Shown one piece after another: positions 28,898-39,171 of a DNA stretch of 64,000 bases. Position 1 is the stretch's first letter; each line of letters starts with the position of its first letter. The DNA is taken from contig CAUVXB020000002.1 in assembly GCA_963555825.3 (NCBI GenBank), positions 1 to 64,000 of the forward strand. Direction: 5' to 3'. The position numbers and the translations under genes were made by a program. This DNA is from Alphaproteobacteria bacterium (lineage in GTDB: Bacteria > Pseudomonadota > Alphaproteobacteria > JAAXGF01). The notes under the pieces are model-generated. The model saw only the letters and a program-made list of their open reading frames with translations. It searched no databases and was not told the DNA's origin.

Positions 28898-30283
28898 ATC
28901 AATCAAGCTCAGGATTTTCCGGAACAGGTCCCTCGGCACCGCCACCTCAGCCAATTGGAACGTAACGTAGCGGCCATGTCGGACAACCTTGGCCCCGATC
29001 TTCACCAGCTTGTCGCGCAACGTCGTCATCGACCAGTGCTCCACCTCCTTCGGCAAAGCCAGTGTCCTCATGAAGTTGCCCAGATTGTAGGCCAGGGCGT
29101 GAAGCTGGAGCCGAACGGCATTGTTGCGGAACTTGCGACATGACAGACGGGTCCAGTTGATGGCGTTCTTGCCTTCCTTGATGTGCTGCTCCGCCGTGCC
29201 ACGGTGATTATAGAACGCCACCACCCGCTTGGTAGGGCGCGACAGATTAGTGACGATGAAACCGACGCGAGGAACCAGCTCGCCGGGGTGCCACTCCACT
29301 TTGGCCACGACACGGCGCTTCTTGTTCCACGATCCGGCCTGATAGCTGAAGCTGGCGTGGAAACGGCGAACATGGTCGGGCGGGCGACCGACAGGTCGCG
29401 TAAGCAGATGGGCAATGTTCCGCTGGAGAATCGCGTTCGCTTTGAGGCGGATGACGTAGAGTAATCCCTCGGCTTCGAGATATTCGTATATCTCCGGTGA
29501 GGCGAAGGCGGCATCGCCACGAAAATACAGCCGCACCTTCCTTTCCTTATAGCGCATCACCACCGGCTCCAGAACATTCCGCCATCCGTCGGCACTGTGA
29601 ACATTACCGGGGCGCAGGGAACATCTCTCCAAGTCGCCGAACTGGTTGAACAGGAATAGCGGATGCTAGCAGGTACAGCCGAAGTGACCATTGTACGCTG
29701 TTCCCTCTTGTTCGCCATGGGTCGGGCTGACGCTGCTGTCCATGTCGAGAATGATCATCTTCGGCGGATGGCGGTCATGAACCTTGTCGATCCACACCCC
29801 GTTCATGTCGACCAAGGCTTCAACGTTCTCGTCGGTGGCCAATAGCTCCGTCTCGAAGCGTCCCATCTGGCTGGTGGAAGCGGCCTGTCTTTCGATGGCC
29901 TTGCCGCCAACAATCCAGCGCATGGCGGGATCGCGTCCCAGACGGTCGGCGTCGTTCACATCGTCATAGCCGCCAAGGCGCCCGAAAACGGACTGGCGAA
30001 ACTGACCCGTCATGCCGTGCCATCCGTTCTTGCCGGTACGGCTATCCTGGAAAACACCCTCGGCCATCTCAGTCAGGCCGAGGGCATCGTCAAGCTCCCG
30101 GTAGGCGAGCAACCCGGCATCAGAGGTGATCTTGGAACCGTGGAATTCAAGCTTCAATCGACGGTCAAAAACGACCCGAAGGCACCCCGGTTTCGATTCA
30201 CCCATCGGGTGTGCCATATCCGCCGCTCCATGTATGCTACAACTTCATGATTCTTATAGCAGAATCGCCTTCTCGCCGCACTG

Positions 30284-30534
30284 AGCCCGCATCACGTAGA
30301 AAATGCCGTTGACGATCTCTCGCATCGGCCATGACCGGGGCCGTCCCGTGCCATGAGCCGGAGGCAAATGAGGCTCGATCACAACCCACGCCGCATCGGT
30401 CAAATCAGTCTGATAACGCAGCGCCTTGCGGCTATGCTGCTCTCGGGTGGTCGGCGTCCACATGGCGGCTCCAGATCGGTCTCAGCAACCTTCCTGGAAT
30501 CACATCGACACCGGACACTCAACCCCTTTCGAAA
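30284..30534 (-). pseudogene. IS5-family transposase 5' fragment
   Basis: MWTPTTR...YQTDLTDAAW...GRPRSWPMREIVNGIFY. Confidence 0.82.
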
Positions 30535-30618
30535 GGGAATTATATACGAAAGTCACCTTATTCCTTGCGTCCGCCGCCACGATGGCTTATATTAAAGTCA
30601 CCAAATGGAGGGCGGAAG

Positions 30619-31566
30619 ATGACGCACAAAGGGCCTGGCAAGGCTTACAGGGATGGGGTCAGCTTGGTCAAGCTGATGAAGATGTTCCCGGACGACGAGG
30701 CTGCGCGGAGTTGGTTCGAGCGGACGATCTGGCCTGATGGCCCGTACTGCCCGCGCTGCGGATCGTTCGGCGTCCAAGCTGGCATCAAGCACAAGACGAT
30801 GACGCACCGCTGCCGCGATTGCGATGGCCGTCCGATGTTCTCGCTCAAGACCGGCAACGTCATGGAGGGATCGAAGCTCGGCTACCAGTCTTGGGCGATC
30901 GCTATCTACATGGTAACTACGGGCATCAAAGGCGTTTCGTCGATGAAGCTGCACCGCGACCTCGAAGTGACGCAGAAGACCGCCTGGCATCTGGCGCACC
31001 GCATTCGCAAGTCACTTGAGAGAAACGAAGCCCCGTTCAGCGGGCCGGTCGAGGTGGATGAAACCTACGTGGGCGGCAAGGAGAAGAACAAGCACGCCAA
31101 CAAGAAGCTCAGGGCGGGCCGTGGTGGCGTCGGCAAGGCAATCGTTATCGGTGCCAAGGATCGCGCGACCAACACCGTGAGCGCCGCCGTGGTTGGCAAC
31201 ACGGACGCCAAGACCCTACAGGGCTTTGTCGGTAAGCGCAACGCCAAGGACGCGACCGTCTGCACTGACGATCACGGCGGGTATCACGGAATGCCGTTCG
31301 AGCATGAGACCGTGAAGCACAGCGTCGGCGAGTACGTTGACGGGATGGCGCACACCAACGAGATCGAGTTATTCTGGGCGCTCATGAAGCGCGGCTACCA
31401 CGGCACGTACCACCACATGAGCGCCAAGCACCTGGGCCGGTACGTGACCGAGTTTGCCGGGCGCCACAACGATCGCACTCGCGACACGCTCGATCAGATG
31501 CAGTCAATCGTTGATGGGATTGTCGGGAAGAGGCTAAGGTATCGTGACTTGGTATCTGGCGCGTGA
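30619..31566 (+). CDS. IS1595 transposase
   Basis: Zn finger CPRCG..CRDC, VEVDETYVGG, TDD, HTNEIE, RLRYRDL. Confidence 0.93.
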   Translation: MTHKGPGKAYRDGVSLVKLMKMFPDDEAARSWFERTIWPDGPYCPRCGSFGVQAGIKHKTMTHRCRDCDGRPMFSLKTGNVMEGSKLGYQSWAIAIYMVTTGIKGVSSMKLHRDLEVTQKTAWHLAHRIRKSLERNEAPFSGPVEVDETYVGGKEKNKHANKKLRAGRGGVGKAIVIGAKDRATNTVSAAVVGNTDAKTLQGFVGKRNAKDATVCTDDHGGYHGMPFEHETVKHSVGEYVDGMAHTNEIELFWALMKRGYHGTYHHMSAKHLGRYVTEFAGRHNDRTRDTLDQMQSIVDGIVGKRLRYRDLVSGA

Positions 31567-31573
31567 GTATAGC

Positions 31574-32107
31574 TTAGGAATTGAATCGTTCGGCCAACTT
31601 CCTCGCGGTTTCGGTATCCAATGCCGGCATCATCTTTGTCAGAAAGCTATGGGTGATTTGGTTTATCTGAATTCCGCCCTGCCTTATTTGGCGAATCGCT
31701 TTGGGGAGGCTACCGTTTTCCATGTGCGGCATCACTAGAGCCTCCGCAGATACATACGGTCGCTCGGAGCATGAACGGAACAATTCGATTTTCCTATTCT
31801 GGAACCAAGATGCAATCCCTTCCTCCATGACTATGGTGGGCGGCTCAAAGTTTGGATCTATCAGGTGGACGCATTCGTGCGCGAGTTGCCATTTGGCGAG
31901 TCGCCACCCGTAGTTACCTATCATTGCGGAAGGCGTAAGGAGGACATCGACAGTATTGCTGTTGTGTGGCTTCCATATGGTGGGCGGCTTATGATCTTCC
32001 TGCTTGCGAACGGTGCCCAGTCGATACTCATCGTTCCTCGGCCCTAACATCGACCCCAGATCAATCAGGTATTCGTCCCGCCATCCGCACAGCACGGCTT
32101 CATTCAT
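31574..32107 (-). CDS. Passenger protein with HExxH motif (ImmA/IrrE-like metallopeptidase?)
   Basis: LAHECVH followed by MEEG; lower GC than host genes. Confidence 0.6.
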   Translation of the reverse strand: MNEAVLCGWRDEYLIDLGSMLGPRNDEYRLGTVRKQEDHKPPTIWKPHNSNTVDVLLTPSAMIGNYGWRLAKWQLAHECVHLIDPNFEPPTIVMEEGIASWFQNRKIELFRSCSERPYVSAEALVMPHMENGSLPKAIRQIRQGGIQINQITHSFLTKMMPALDTETARKLAERFNS

Positions 32108-32324
32108 TTAAAATCTCCATGAATGCCCTTTCTGCGCTTTCGTTCGGAAGAGAAAAGTTGCGACCATCCTCTTCCACGAAAGTCTCCCGCATAAACTTTT
32201 CCAGCTCGATCAGATTGTGCAGAGGGCGGGGACGTTCCTTCTCCCCACTCATTTCCCACGCTTCAAGGGCTACCAGCATTCGCGCCCTCAAAAGGAACCC
32301 AGAAGTGATTGGTGCTTGCATCAC
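32100..32324 (-). CDS. Hypothetical passenger, probably 5'-truncated
   Basis: Overlaps the start of the HExxH gene; frame open further upstream to about 32393. Confidence 0.45.
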   Translation of the reverse strand: MMQAPITSGFLLRARMLVALEAWEMSGEKERPRPLHNLIELEKFMRETFVEEDGRNFSLPNESAERAFMEILNE

Positions 32325-32699
32325 AAAGCGCTTTCGGCCATCGTTGACAACCGAATTGGCCGCTTCGCCGGTCTGCCAACCAGCGGGGCGCTCCTACGAT
32401 ATCGTTGCGCTCGATCAGATGCAGTCAATCGTTGATGGGATGGTCGGGAAGAGGCTAAGGTATCGTGACTTGATCAGTTAGGCGCCCGCGCTCCAGCCTG
32501 CCAAACACCGCGCGGCGCGCCCCTCGGCTAAAACGAAATTAGCCGAGAGGCATTGGTATGTCTACTCTAAATCGGGATACTTCCGAATCTCGACACCAAG
32601 CCCTCGCGCGCGAACTATCCGAACTCCGCGGCGAATTTCATGGCTTCCGTGACGAGGTTCGCGGGCGCTTAGAAGGGCGCAACCAGCGGAGTGAACGCA

Positions 32700-32864
32700 A
32701 TGACAACCCAGCCAAAGCAGAAGCCGGTCGTCCGCGTGCGGCCGCACACCTACCAGCCGAGCAAGGCCGAACTCGATGAAGAAGTGAGGCTTGACGCAAC
32801 GCCAGAAGAGCTAGCGCGCGCCGTCCTGCAGCCGGTCCAGATCGTCGAAGACCACGACGCTTGA
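32700..32864 (+). CDS. 54-aa ORF at IS1595 right end
   Basis: MTTQPKQKPVVRVRPHTYQPSKAELDEEVRLDATPEELARAVL...; ends just inside the right IR; below the ORF-track cutoff. Confidence 0.55.
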   Translation: MTTQPKQKPVVRVRPHTYQPSKAELDEEVRLDATPEELARAVLQPVQIVEDHDA

Positions 32865-32894
32865 TCGGGCTGGTGACTTTCGTATATAATTCCC

Positions 32895-33131
32895 TTTGTC
32901 AGTCAGGTCGCCGAGCACCTTCCGCAACACATCGGTATCGCCCGGCTCTTCAAAATTGGCGATCACGACCTGCTTGGCGTAGGCTTCGGCATCCGCGCCT
33001 GAAATGCCCATTTGCTCCGCTGCCCACAGGCCGAGCAGCTTGTTGCGCCGCGCGATGGTCTTGAACTGGAACTCCTGATCATGCGCGAACTTGGCTTCGG
33101 CGGCTGTTTTGCGGTCATCAAAGGCGGTCAT
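32895..33131 (-). pseudogene. DUF1476 / F1Fo-ATPase inhibitor zeta subunit, truncated by IS1595
   Basis: MTAFDDRKTAAEAKFAHDQEFQFKTIARRNKLLGLWAAE...FEEPGD. Confidence 0.85.
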
Positions 33132-33463
33132 CGACTGAGCTCCTCAACTTCAGAAGACGGGGTCGGCGCTTTATCCGCCCTTTCATTCTTGTATGCGATG
33201 AAGCCCGACGCGCCTTTGCCTTTGGCGCGGCGCAGTGTGTAGCGATAATTCCCGAGATTGAACTTCGAGTCATTCTCAAAGCCTGCGAGAGCCTCAACGA
33301 TCTTCATCGCCACGGGATTTGGCTTGCTCCTGGCTTGTAAGGCAGCCTCGCGCTCCAGCCACCTTGCGAAGACCTCTTCGGCGAGGTCGTCACCGACAGA
33401 TTTCCGAAGCGCGTTCAATTTTCTCACCAGACCTTTGGTGAGCCCGGTCTCATCGATAGCCAT
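33128..33463 (-). CDS. Hypothetical 111-aa protein coupled to zeta gene
   Basis: GAGGGG RBS, ATGA overlap with zeta; paralog at 43981-44316. Confidence 0.75.
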   Translation of the reverse strand: MAIDETGLTKGLVRKLNALRKSVGDDLAEEVFARWLEREAALQARSKPNPVAMKIVEALAGFENDSKFNLGNYRYTLRRAKGKGASGFIAYKNERADKAPTPSSEVEELSR

Positions 33464-33659
33464 TTCTTAAACCCCTCATTTCAAGCCTCTTATACTGTCC
33501 CGTGGCCCGGATGGTGCAACTGATTGCCATTGTTACACGGCAGCTTGCCGTTTCCCTTTTCACGTCGTTCACCTTGAACCGATGTGCTGGATGTATTCTA
33601 CCGCCAAACCAAGTTAATCGCCGCCGGCGCCGACAAGGGAAATTTACAGGCATTGCCTG

Positions 33660-33944
33660 ATGTTCACCGTAGTCACCCCCACGACGAGCCTTAGCCTCGA
33701 CGCGCATTTCATAAAGCGCCCGGCGGCGACATTCTTTGTCACGGTCGAGGGCGGCGGCATGGCCGAACACGGGATCCTTGCCGGCGATACCCTGATCGTC
33801 GATCGTTCACGTACACCAGGCACGGGTTCCATCGTCATCGCGGCAATCGAGGGCGAGTTGACCGCCCGTCCCTTCGCCGCCCTCGATGGCGAGGAGGCCC
33901 ATGTCTGGGGCGTCGTTGCCGGTGTGGTGCGGAGCCTGCCATGA
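33660..33944 (+). CDS. umuD: UmuD-like S24-fold protein lacking N-terminal arm and catalytic dyad
   Basis: [37 protein letters not shown]; ATGA overlap with umuC. Confidence 0.82.
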   Translation: MFTVVTPTTSLSLDAHFIKRPAATFFVTVEGGGMAEHGILAGDTLIVDRSRTPGTGSIVIAAIEGELTARPFAALDGEEAHVWGVVAGVVRSLP

Positions 33945-35209
33945 GCATCTACGGACTGGCCGATTGTAATAACTTCTTCGTTTCCTGCGAGCGAGTCTTC
34001 CGGCCAGCCCTCGAAGGCCGTCCCGCCGTCGTCCTGTCGTCGAACGACGGCTGCATCGTCGCGCGCAGCGACGAGGCCAAGGCGCTCGGCGTCAAGATGG
34101 CGCAGCCGGCGTTCCAGGCGAAAGACCTCATCGAGCGGCACAGCATTGCCGTCATCAGCGGCAACCTCCAGTTCTATACCGACATGAGCAACCGGGTGAT
34201 GCAGGTCTTCGGGGAACTCGTCCCGGCGGTGGAGAAATACTCGATCGACGAATGTTTTCTCGATCTCACGGGAATGCCGCAAGAGCTCACTGCATTCTGC
34301 CAGGGACTGAAACATACCGTGCGGCAATGGACCGGGCTGCCGATCAGCATCGGCATCGCCGAGACCAAGACCCTTGCCAAGATAGCCAACCGTCTCGCGA
34401 AGACCTCCGCCAAAACGAACGGTGTTCTCGATCTCACCGGTGAGCGCTGGCGCGACAGGGCGCTGGCGTCAACTGAAGTCGGCAATATCTGGGGGATCGG
34501 CAGGCAGTACGCTCAAAAACTCAACCGCAACGGCATCATGACGGCCCTCGATCTGACGAGCCGTCCCGATGGTTGGATCCGCAAGGAGATGGGCGTCGGC
34601 GGGCTGAAGACGGTGCGGGAATTGCGCGGCGAGGACTGTATAGGCTTCGATGACATGCCCCAGCCCAAGCAGACGACGATGGTCTCGCGGTCCTTCGGCA
34701 CGGAAGTGCGCGACTACGACGAGTTGGCCAATGCGATCACCATGTTCGCGACCGATGCAGCGCGCTCCCTTCGCAGGGCCAATCTCGTCTCAACCACGGT
34801 GAGCGTGTTCATCGAGACCAACCGTTACGGCAAGAGCCTGCACTATGCTCCGTCCCGCTCAGAGGCGCTTTCGCCAGCGACCAATAACACGAGGCATGTC
34901 GTGCGAGCCGCGCTGGCCGCTCTGAAGCACATCTATCGCGAGGGGGTGGCGTACAAGCGCGCCGGGGTGATGCTGCTCGACCTCGTCGAGGCCGGGCAAG
35001 CACAAGTTTCTCTATTCGATACGCAGGATCCAAGGGACGACAAGCTGATCGAGGCATTCGACGCCATCAACGACCGGCTGGGGCCGGGAGCGATCCAATT
35101 CGGCCCCGCGGCGCAGGCCGCGGCCTGGCGATCGAGCAGCGCCTTCCGCTCGCCCAGCTACACAACCCGTTGGGAAGACATCCCGAGAGCTATGTCCGAA
35201 AGTTGGTGA
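33941..35209 (+). CDS. umuC: Y-family DNA polymerase (Pol V catalytic subunit); last residues replaced by IS256 end
   Basis: DCNNFFVSCE, SSNDGC, YSIDE, SRSFG, SPSYTTRW. Confidence 0.93.
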   Translation: MSIYGLADCNNFFVSCERVFRPALEGRPAVVLSSNDGCIVARSDEAKALGVKMAQPAFQAKDLIERHSIAVISGNLQFYTDMSNRVMQVFGELVPAVEKYSIDECFLDLTGMPQELTAFCQGLKHTVRQWTGLPISIGIAETKTLAKIANRLAKTSAKTNGVLDLTGERWRDRALASTEVGNIWGIGRQYAQKLNRNGIMTALDLTSRPDGWIRKEMGVGGLKTVRELRGEDCIGFDDMPQPKQTTMVSRSFGTEVRDYDELANAITMFATDAARSLRRANLVSTTVSVFIETNRYGKSLHYAPSRSEALSPATNNTRHVVRAALAALKHIYREGVAYKRAGVMLLDLVEAGQAQVSLFDTQDPRDDKLIEAFDAINDRLGPGAIQFGPAAQAAAWRSSSAFRSPSYTTRWEDIPRAMSESW

Positions 35210-35375
35210 CGGAGCTATCAGGCGGCGTGTTTGGTTATCTTGATTCCGTCCTTGAACGGCACTCCTTCGACGAGTTCGGCGAGTTGATTTGATCCGTCCA
35301 GCTTCCGCCATTTCCGCCTGGCACTCAAGATCAGTTTGAAGGCCATGGCGAGCGCCGTCTTGCGGCTCAGGCACC
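35187..35375 (-). mobile_element. IS256 3' end remnant (inverted copy of 20812-20999)
   Basis: Near-identical reverse complement, with the same junction to IS B. Confidence 0.8.
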
Positions 35376-36535
35376 TGTGCCTCCCATTTATCTCATCCGG
35401 GGTGCATCAAGAACGCCGACCGGTCCGCCGGCACTGGTGATGGCACCATCTTCGCTGTGAGGCGGGCATAGTCATCTTCGGAAACGACGCCCACATCGAT
35501 CGGCAACCGGCTTGGGGGGCCTTGCCATAGTAAGACGGATTGCTGAGGTTACGGCGACCCCGACGGCGTCAGAATCATCGCCGCAAGCCGATTATACGAT
35601 AGCCGGTGCCAGTCAGGCCGCCAACCGCTGGTACCGATGATGCAGCCCGCCGACCTGTGGAAACGCCACGATCTTCCCGGCGCCAGCCGGCTGAACCGAT
35701 CGCCGTTCAGGGGTATCCTTGCCTAGCGCCAGGTGCGTGCGGGATCGCTGGTAGTAGTCGATGTACGACAAGAGTATCGCCCGCAGATGCCGTTCGTTTA
35801 GAACGATCACGTGATCCAGACACTCTCGCCTGATGGACCCGATCACGCGCTCAACGTACGGCGACTGCCACGGCGATCGCGGCGCCGTCACGACCTCTTC
35901 GATGCCCATCGCCTTTATCCGCGAACGAAAGGCAATACCGTACACACGATCCCGATCTCGGATCATATACCGTGGTGCTGTCTCCCACGGAAAGGCCTCC
36001 CGGATCTGTTGCGCGACCCACGCCGCAGTCGGGTGTGCCGTGGTGCCGATGTGAACAATCCGCCGACGCTCGTGCCGCAGCACAACGAGCACGAATAGAA
36101 GACTGAACGTCGCGGTGGGTACGACGAAGAAGTCGGTCGACGCTAGGCACCCGACGTGGTTCTCGAGGAACGTCCGCCATGTCTGCGAAGGTGGCTTTGG
36201 ATGGCGCGGCATGTACTTGGACACGGCCGCCTCGGAGACCTCGAAGCCGAGCATCCTGAGCTCACCGTGGATTCGGGGAGCGCCCCACAACGGATTCTCC
36301 CGAGACATCCGGCGGATAAGCCCTCGGAATTCGCTCGACACGGGCGGTCGTCCCGGCTTCCCCCGTCGCGACTTCCGGGTCCAGAAACGTCGGAAGCCCT
36401 TTCGATGCCAGCCGATAACCGTCTCCGGCTTGACGATCACCAGGATCTCCCTCCAACCCGACCACAGCCGAGACAGGACGACCCAGAAAAGGCGATCGGC
36501 CATCCGAAGCGATGGCCTGGCTCCTTTCCGATCTA
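35376..36535 (-). mobile_element. IS B copy 4, 5'-truncated by IS630
   Basis: Starts TGTGCCTCCCATTTATC; ORF 35613-36503 lacks N-terminus. Confidence 0.92.
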
Positions 36536-37711
36536 ATACCAGTGAGCGCCTGAATTGACTCTCGGGATATTCATTGATGGCGGATGATGGCGGATTGTGA
36601 TTCTATGGTCTCCCACCAGATGTGGGGGATGTCATGGGATCAGCACTCAAGATACGGGATGATTTGACGCCTTTGGAGCTTCGGCGCTGGGCTCGCGTGG
36701 AATCGTACGGTCGAGCGGCGGCGCGGGCCTATGGGATCGCGAATGCTTTGGAGGAGATGCCCCGGGCTGATGCCGCGCGGCTTGCGGGGATGGATCGCCA
36801 AACGCTTCGCGACGCGGTTGTTCGTTACAATGCAAAGGGATTGGAGGGGCTTCACGACCGTCCAAAGGGCTACTCGCCGCGGCGGCTGACGGCAGACGAG
36901 GAAGCGGCGCTGGCGGCGGTCATCATCGCCGGGCCGGAGCCTGAGCGCGACGGGGTTTGCGCCTGGACCCGGGCCGATCTGTGCCGCTGGCTGGAGGAGC
37001 GCTTCGCCAAGACCTACCACCCCTCGAGCATGACCCGGGTTCTACGGCGGATGGGATTTTCCCGCCAGAAGGCGCGCCCGAGCCACCCGCGAAGGGACGC
37101 CGAAGCGCAGGAGCGCTTCAAAAAAGGGGGCTTCGCGACATCCTGAAGGCGACCGCCGCGGCGCATCCCGACAAGCGCCTACAGCTGTGGTTTCAGGATG
37201 AAGCGCGCGTCGGCAACAAGGGCCGGGTGTGTCACCGGTGGTGGCGCAGGGGCGAGCGTGCCCCCGGGACGCGTCAAATCGGCTACCAGTGGGCCTACAT
37301 CTTCTCCGCCGTGCGCCCGGACACCGGCGACGACGTCACCCTGGTGATGCCGAGCGTCAACGCCAAGGTCATGGACCTGTTTCTCGCACACTTCGCCGAT
37401 ACCCTGGACCAGGATGCGCACGCCGTCATGATGTGCGACGGCGCCGGTTGGCACGACGAGCGCGCCCTCACCGTCCCCGACAACGTCACCTTGGCGCTGT
37501 TGCCGCCTTACAGTCCCGAACTCAACCCCGTCGAGCGGGTTTGGCTCTACCTACGCGAACGCTTCCTATCGCTCCGCGTCCTCGACGACACCGAGGCCAT
37601 CATCGACGCCTGTTGCCAAGCATGGATCGACCTCATCGCAGAACCGGATCGTATGCGAACCCTCTGCGCCTATCCATGGATCATGAAGGTGATTTCATAG
37701 GCTCACTGGTA
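36536..37711 (+). mobile_element. IS630-family element (two ORFs, -1 frameshift at A6G5 near 37120-37130)
   Basis: IRs TACCAGTGAGC / GCTCACTGGTA; FQDEARVG, DGAGWH, YSPELNPVE. Confidence 0.92.
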
Positions 37712-37747
37712 TAACACCGCGGCGCAGTCGGTTAGCCCATTCGCCCG

Positions 37748-39112
37748 CTATGACGCTGCAGCGCGCCTGTAAATCACGATCCTTCGAACTACTTCCAAAT
37801 TCATCACCAATGCAACGACACCCAGGGTGAATAATGGCTGGTTCAGGATGGCGCCAAGGAAGATGACGAACACCCGAACGTCACGGCCCAGCCGGACGTA
37901 TGAGACGCCTCGCAACCTTTGAGCCATCAGCCCGTCGTACTTGTCCGCCGTATAGCTGTTTAGGAACGACCCGACAATTGCCGCGAACCCCAGCACGACG
38001 GACAGGGTTGTGCCGGTCGCAGCGAATTCGTGCCACATCAGGCCGAACAACAGGGCGGCGTCGGCATACCGATCGAGGACCGCGTCGAACCAGCCGCCGA
38101 ACTCGCTCTGGGAATGCTTCAGCCGGGCGATCTCGCCATCGCAACCGTCGATGATCGAGGCCAGTTGCGCCAGCACGCCACCGGCGGCCAGGGCGGGATA
38201 GCCGCCCAATGCCATCAACCCCGCAGCACTGCAGGACAGTATCCACGAGGCCAGGGAGACTTGGTTGGGCGTCACCGCCGTGCGTACCAGATAGCGGCTG
38301 AGCCATCGGGAAACCGGGCGGTTGAGATGGCGCGACACCGGCCCGTCCCGGGTCTTGCGGCCCTGGTCGCGCATCAGACGTCGTTCGGCTTCACGCAAGG
38401 CGTCGGGCGTGTCCACGTCGAGCCACCGCATTCCAGTCACGTCGACGGTTCTCGCCCGCCCCTCGCGCGCCAGTTCCCTGAGCCCGTCGGAAAGCCCGTG
38501 CTTGTTGCTTGCCGCCGCGCGCTCGAGACCTTCGAACAGGCCGGTCGTGCAAAGCATGACCCCGGTGTCGCCGGCATCCCAATCGTCGAGGTTCTTCTCG
38601 ATTTCCTTAATGCGTCCGTCGTCGATCTTGACCCGGGTGACATCGTCGAGATCGAAGATGGCGCCTTTGTCGCGGTCCACGGCGAGGCGAAGTTCGCCCA
38701 CTGCCGGCGGGTCGTTGGCCAGGGCCCGTGCGATTGCGGGATTGAACAGATGATCGATCATGACCAGGAAGAAGGGCGCCTCGCCGGTGCGACCCTTGGC
38801 CGCCAGGGCGCTGGCGCCGTTGCCCTGCTCCCAGCCCTCGGCTTCGATGAAGTCGATCGTGACGCCGCGACGCCGGGCGATGCCGGAAAAATGCTCCTTC
38901 ACTGATTCGGCCTCATGACCCAGAGTGACGAGGACCCGCCGGACGCCTGCGTCCAGCAACGTGCAGACGACCCGTTCGGCGAGGCTCAGTCCGAGCACCT
39001 TGATCAGGGGCTTCGGTGTCGTGGTTTGCGGAAATAGGCGTGACCCAAGTCCAGCAGCAAGCATCACCGCAACCTCCGGGGTCGCTATCTGGTCGTTAGT
39101 TCCCACCATCAC
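37748..39112 (-). CDS. Bifunctional NTP-transferase / CDP-alcohol phosphotransferase (IPCT/DIPPS-like)
   Basis: LAAGLGSRL..PKPL N-domain; DGPVSRHLNR, TPNQ, DGCDGEIAR..GGWFDAVLDR CDP-AP signature. Confidence 0.88.
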   Translation of the reverse strand: MMVGTNDQIATPEVAVMLAAGLGSRLFPQTTTPKPLIKVLGLSLAERVVCTLLDAGVRRVLVTLGHEAESVKEHFSGIARRRGVTIDFIEAEGWEQGNGASALAAKGRTGEAPFFLVMIDHLFNPAIARALANDPPAVGELRLAVDRDKGAIFDLDDVTRVKIDDGRIKEIEKNLDDWDAGDTGVMLCTTGLFEGLERAAASNKHGLSDGLRELAREGRARTVDVTGMRWLDVDTPDALREAERRLMRDQGRKTRDGPVSRHLNRPVSRWLSRYLVRTAVTPNQVSLASWILSCSAAGLMALGGYPALAAGGVLAQLASIIDGCDGEIARLKHSQSEFGGWFDAVLDRYADAALLFGLMWHEFAATGTTLSVVLGFAAIVGSFLNSYTADKYDGLMAQRLRGVSYVRLGRDVRVFVIFLGAILNQPLFTLGVVALVMNLEVVRRIVIYRRAAAS

Positions 39113-39171
39113 TCAGACTTCCGATGATTTTGTCGCACGACGCGCGGTTGGCCGGGCCGTCAGATTTGGCA

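Larger units (their letters stand above)
26640..30283 (-). mobile_element. Outer IS1380-family copy (26640-26872 plus 28898-30283), interrupted, left end truncated
   Basis: Both pieces match the inner copy and rejoin across an ATCAA duplication; amber stop at 29666-29668. Confidence 0.9.
30535..32894 (+). mobile_element. IS1595-family transposon with passenger genes
   Basis: Perfect 23-bp IRs GGGAATTATATACGAAAGTCACC / GGTGACTTTCGTATATAATTCCC. Confidence 0.92.

Noticed and set aside
33540-33600. LexA box upstream of umuD
   Set aside because: Only GTTCACCTTGAAC and degenerate matches; no canonical alphaproteobacterial GTTC-N7-GTTC.
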